Assembly: GCA_024704765.1 (NCBI GenBank) | Contig: JAKMXF010000076.1 | Location: 1-32,415, forward strand | DNA from: Oopsacas minuta | Taxonomy: Eukaryota; Animalia; Porifera | Reading direction: 5' to 3' | DNA: 32,415 nt | Shown here: positions 31,357-32,415 of the stretch, piece after piece | Numbering within the stretch: position 1 is the first letter of the stretch | How the letters are laid out: every line of letters begins with the position of its first letter | The notes under the pieces: model-generated | Database searches by the model: none | Told to the model about the DNA's origin: nothing | What the model saw: the letters and a program-made list of their open reading frames with translations, nothing else | Program-made: the position numbers and the translations under genes

Positions 31357-32415
31357 ATGGCTAGCGTATCAGTGAACAGAAACTTCATCGAACAAGTAAA
31401 AGAGGGCAGAAGTAAGATTCGAGACTGCTTCAAGAGGTCACATGAAGCTCTACAACTCAGAGAGAGCATCCTCCTCTCTCGTATTGATGAAATCGAGAAA
31501 GATTATAATAACAAAAATCAGGAAGTGAATAAATTGCTAGAGACTTTGAATAAAGAAATAACACACACTGCAGAGACATTCTCCGCAAATAAACTCACTG
31601 ACGTTCAACAAATAATTCAATCAGCTATTAACAAGAAGATAACAGAACTAACAGTTGATACAGACAGTAGTATTGAGTTTGAATGGAACAATCAATTCGA
31701 GACTGACATAAAACAGCTAGGGAGTATTAAGCTTAACAGTCATACTAACATATCTCCCACCCAAACCTTCCCTCCTCAAGTGAAGCCTGTTGTACCTGAC
31801 TACAAGGCTAAACAGCTGCCTACTGCTTACTGCTGTAAAAATTCACACAAGAACGCTCCAGGAGAACTGAGCCGTCCCAAAGGTATAGCAATACATTACC
31901 AAACTGGAGACATATACATAGCGGATTATTGCAACGATCGTGTACAAGTATTTAGCTGTAACGGAGACTATCTCTTCATGTTCAGTGAGAAGATGAACAA
32001 TCCAGTAGGTATCTGTATATCTCAGAATAAAGTGTTTGTTACACAATCGTATGATAATTGCATTAATAAGTACGAGCTAGAAGGGAAACTAATCAAGAGT
32101 GTTGGCAGTAAAGGGAATGGAGAAGCTCAGTTCAACAGTCCACGTGGCCTAGATGTCTCTGATAGAAATAGCAATGTGTACGTATGTGATTGTTATAATT
32201 ACCGAGTTCAAATCTTAACTCAAGAACTCAAGTTCCATTCCATGCTAGGAATAGACTTGTTTAAGCATCCATGTGACGTTAAGGTTACAAGAGACAGAGT
32301 ATTGGTGCTAGATAAGAGTGATCCGTGTATGTTTGTGTTCAATTCAGATCACGTTCTAACCAACAGACTGATAACTAAAGGTGATGGCAAACAAACAAAC
32401 AGTCCATTCTGTTTC
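31357..32415 (+). CDS. Coiled-coil + NHL-repeat protein, paralogue C4 (3' end lies beyond the window)
   Basis: ATG at 31357, open for 353 codons to the window end: MASVSVNRNFIEQVKEGRSK...GELSRPKGIAIHYQTGDIYIADYCNDRVQVF...GKQTNSPFCF. Not in the ORF track because there is no stop. Confidence 0.94.
   Translation, partial: MASVSVNRNFIEQVKEGRSKIRDCFKRSHEALQLRESILLSRIDEIEKDYNNKNQEVNKLLETLNKEITHTAETFSANKLTDVQQIIQSAINKKITELTVDTDSSIEFEWNNQFETDIKQLGSIKLNSHTNISPTQTFPPQVKPVVPDYKAKQLPTAYCCKNSHKNAPGELSRPKGIAIHYQTGDIYIADYCNDRVQVFSCNGDYLFMFSEKMNNPVGICISQNKVFVTQSYDNCINKYELEGKLIKSVGSKGNGEAQFNSPRGLDVSDRNSNVYVCDCYNYRVQILTQELKFHSMLGIDLFKHPCDVKVTRDRVLVLDKSDPCMFVFNSDHVLTNRLITKGDGKQTNSPFCF

Larger units (their letters stand above)
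29540..32415. repeat. Inverted duplication: arm 29540..~30663 versus arm ~31296..32415 (NHL C3/C4 plus ~60 bp of upstream DNA)
   Basis: 30601 pairs with 31357. Upstream DNA cttatataggggtatagatagtaaagttttcaaagc(c/t)aagcaaaagtgaaatatacaaaATG is shared, including a TATA-like tatatag. Confidence 0.93.

Noticed and set aside
1-32415. CRISPR arrays, rRNA, tRNA, transposase or reverse transcriptase genes
   Set aside because: None detected. The window is eukaryotic and the long repeats are paralogous NHL genes, not repeat-spacer arrays.

Overview
Eukaryotic, AT-rich, compact animal-type genomic DNA with GT-AG introns. A glass-sponge-like genome is only my inference from gene style. The conserved core holds four + strand genes: CFAP44 (2 exons), IFT172 (17 exons), WEE1 (6 exons) and the first two exons of SF1. 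The 5,021-bp intron 3 of WEE1 splits the kinase domain and contains two complete genes: a same-strand, intronless HSP70 with its own HSE/TATA promoter and an atypical IDQVD C-terminus, and an antisense two-exon TYW3. The core is flanked on each side by a head-to-head inverted pair of intronless coiled-coil + NHL-repeat genes (4 paralogues, called C1-C4; C1 and C4 are cut by the window edges), and the right pair appears to sit inside SF1 intron 2. The most striking signal is in these NHL paralogues. Their frameworks are almost identical even at silent sites, yet amino-acid changes cluster at the same loop positions of each propeller blade. Their 5' ends are homogenised within each pair and their linkers are mosaic across pairs, which suggests a diversifying ligand-binding family. 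Introns and spacers carry several short MITE-like repeat families. Exon boundaries and all counts were derived by hand.
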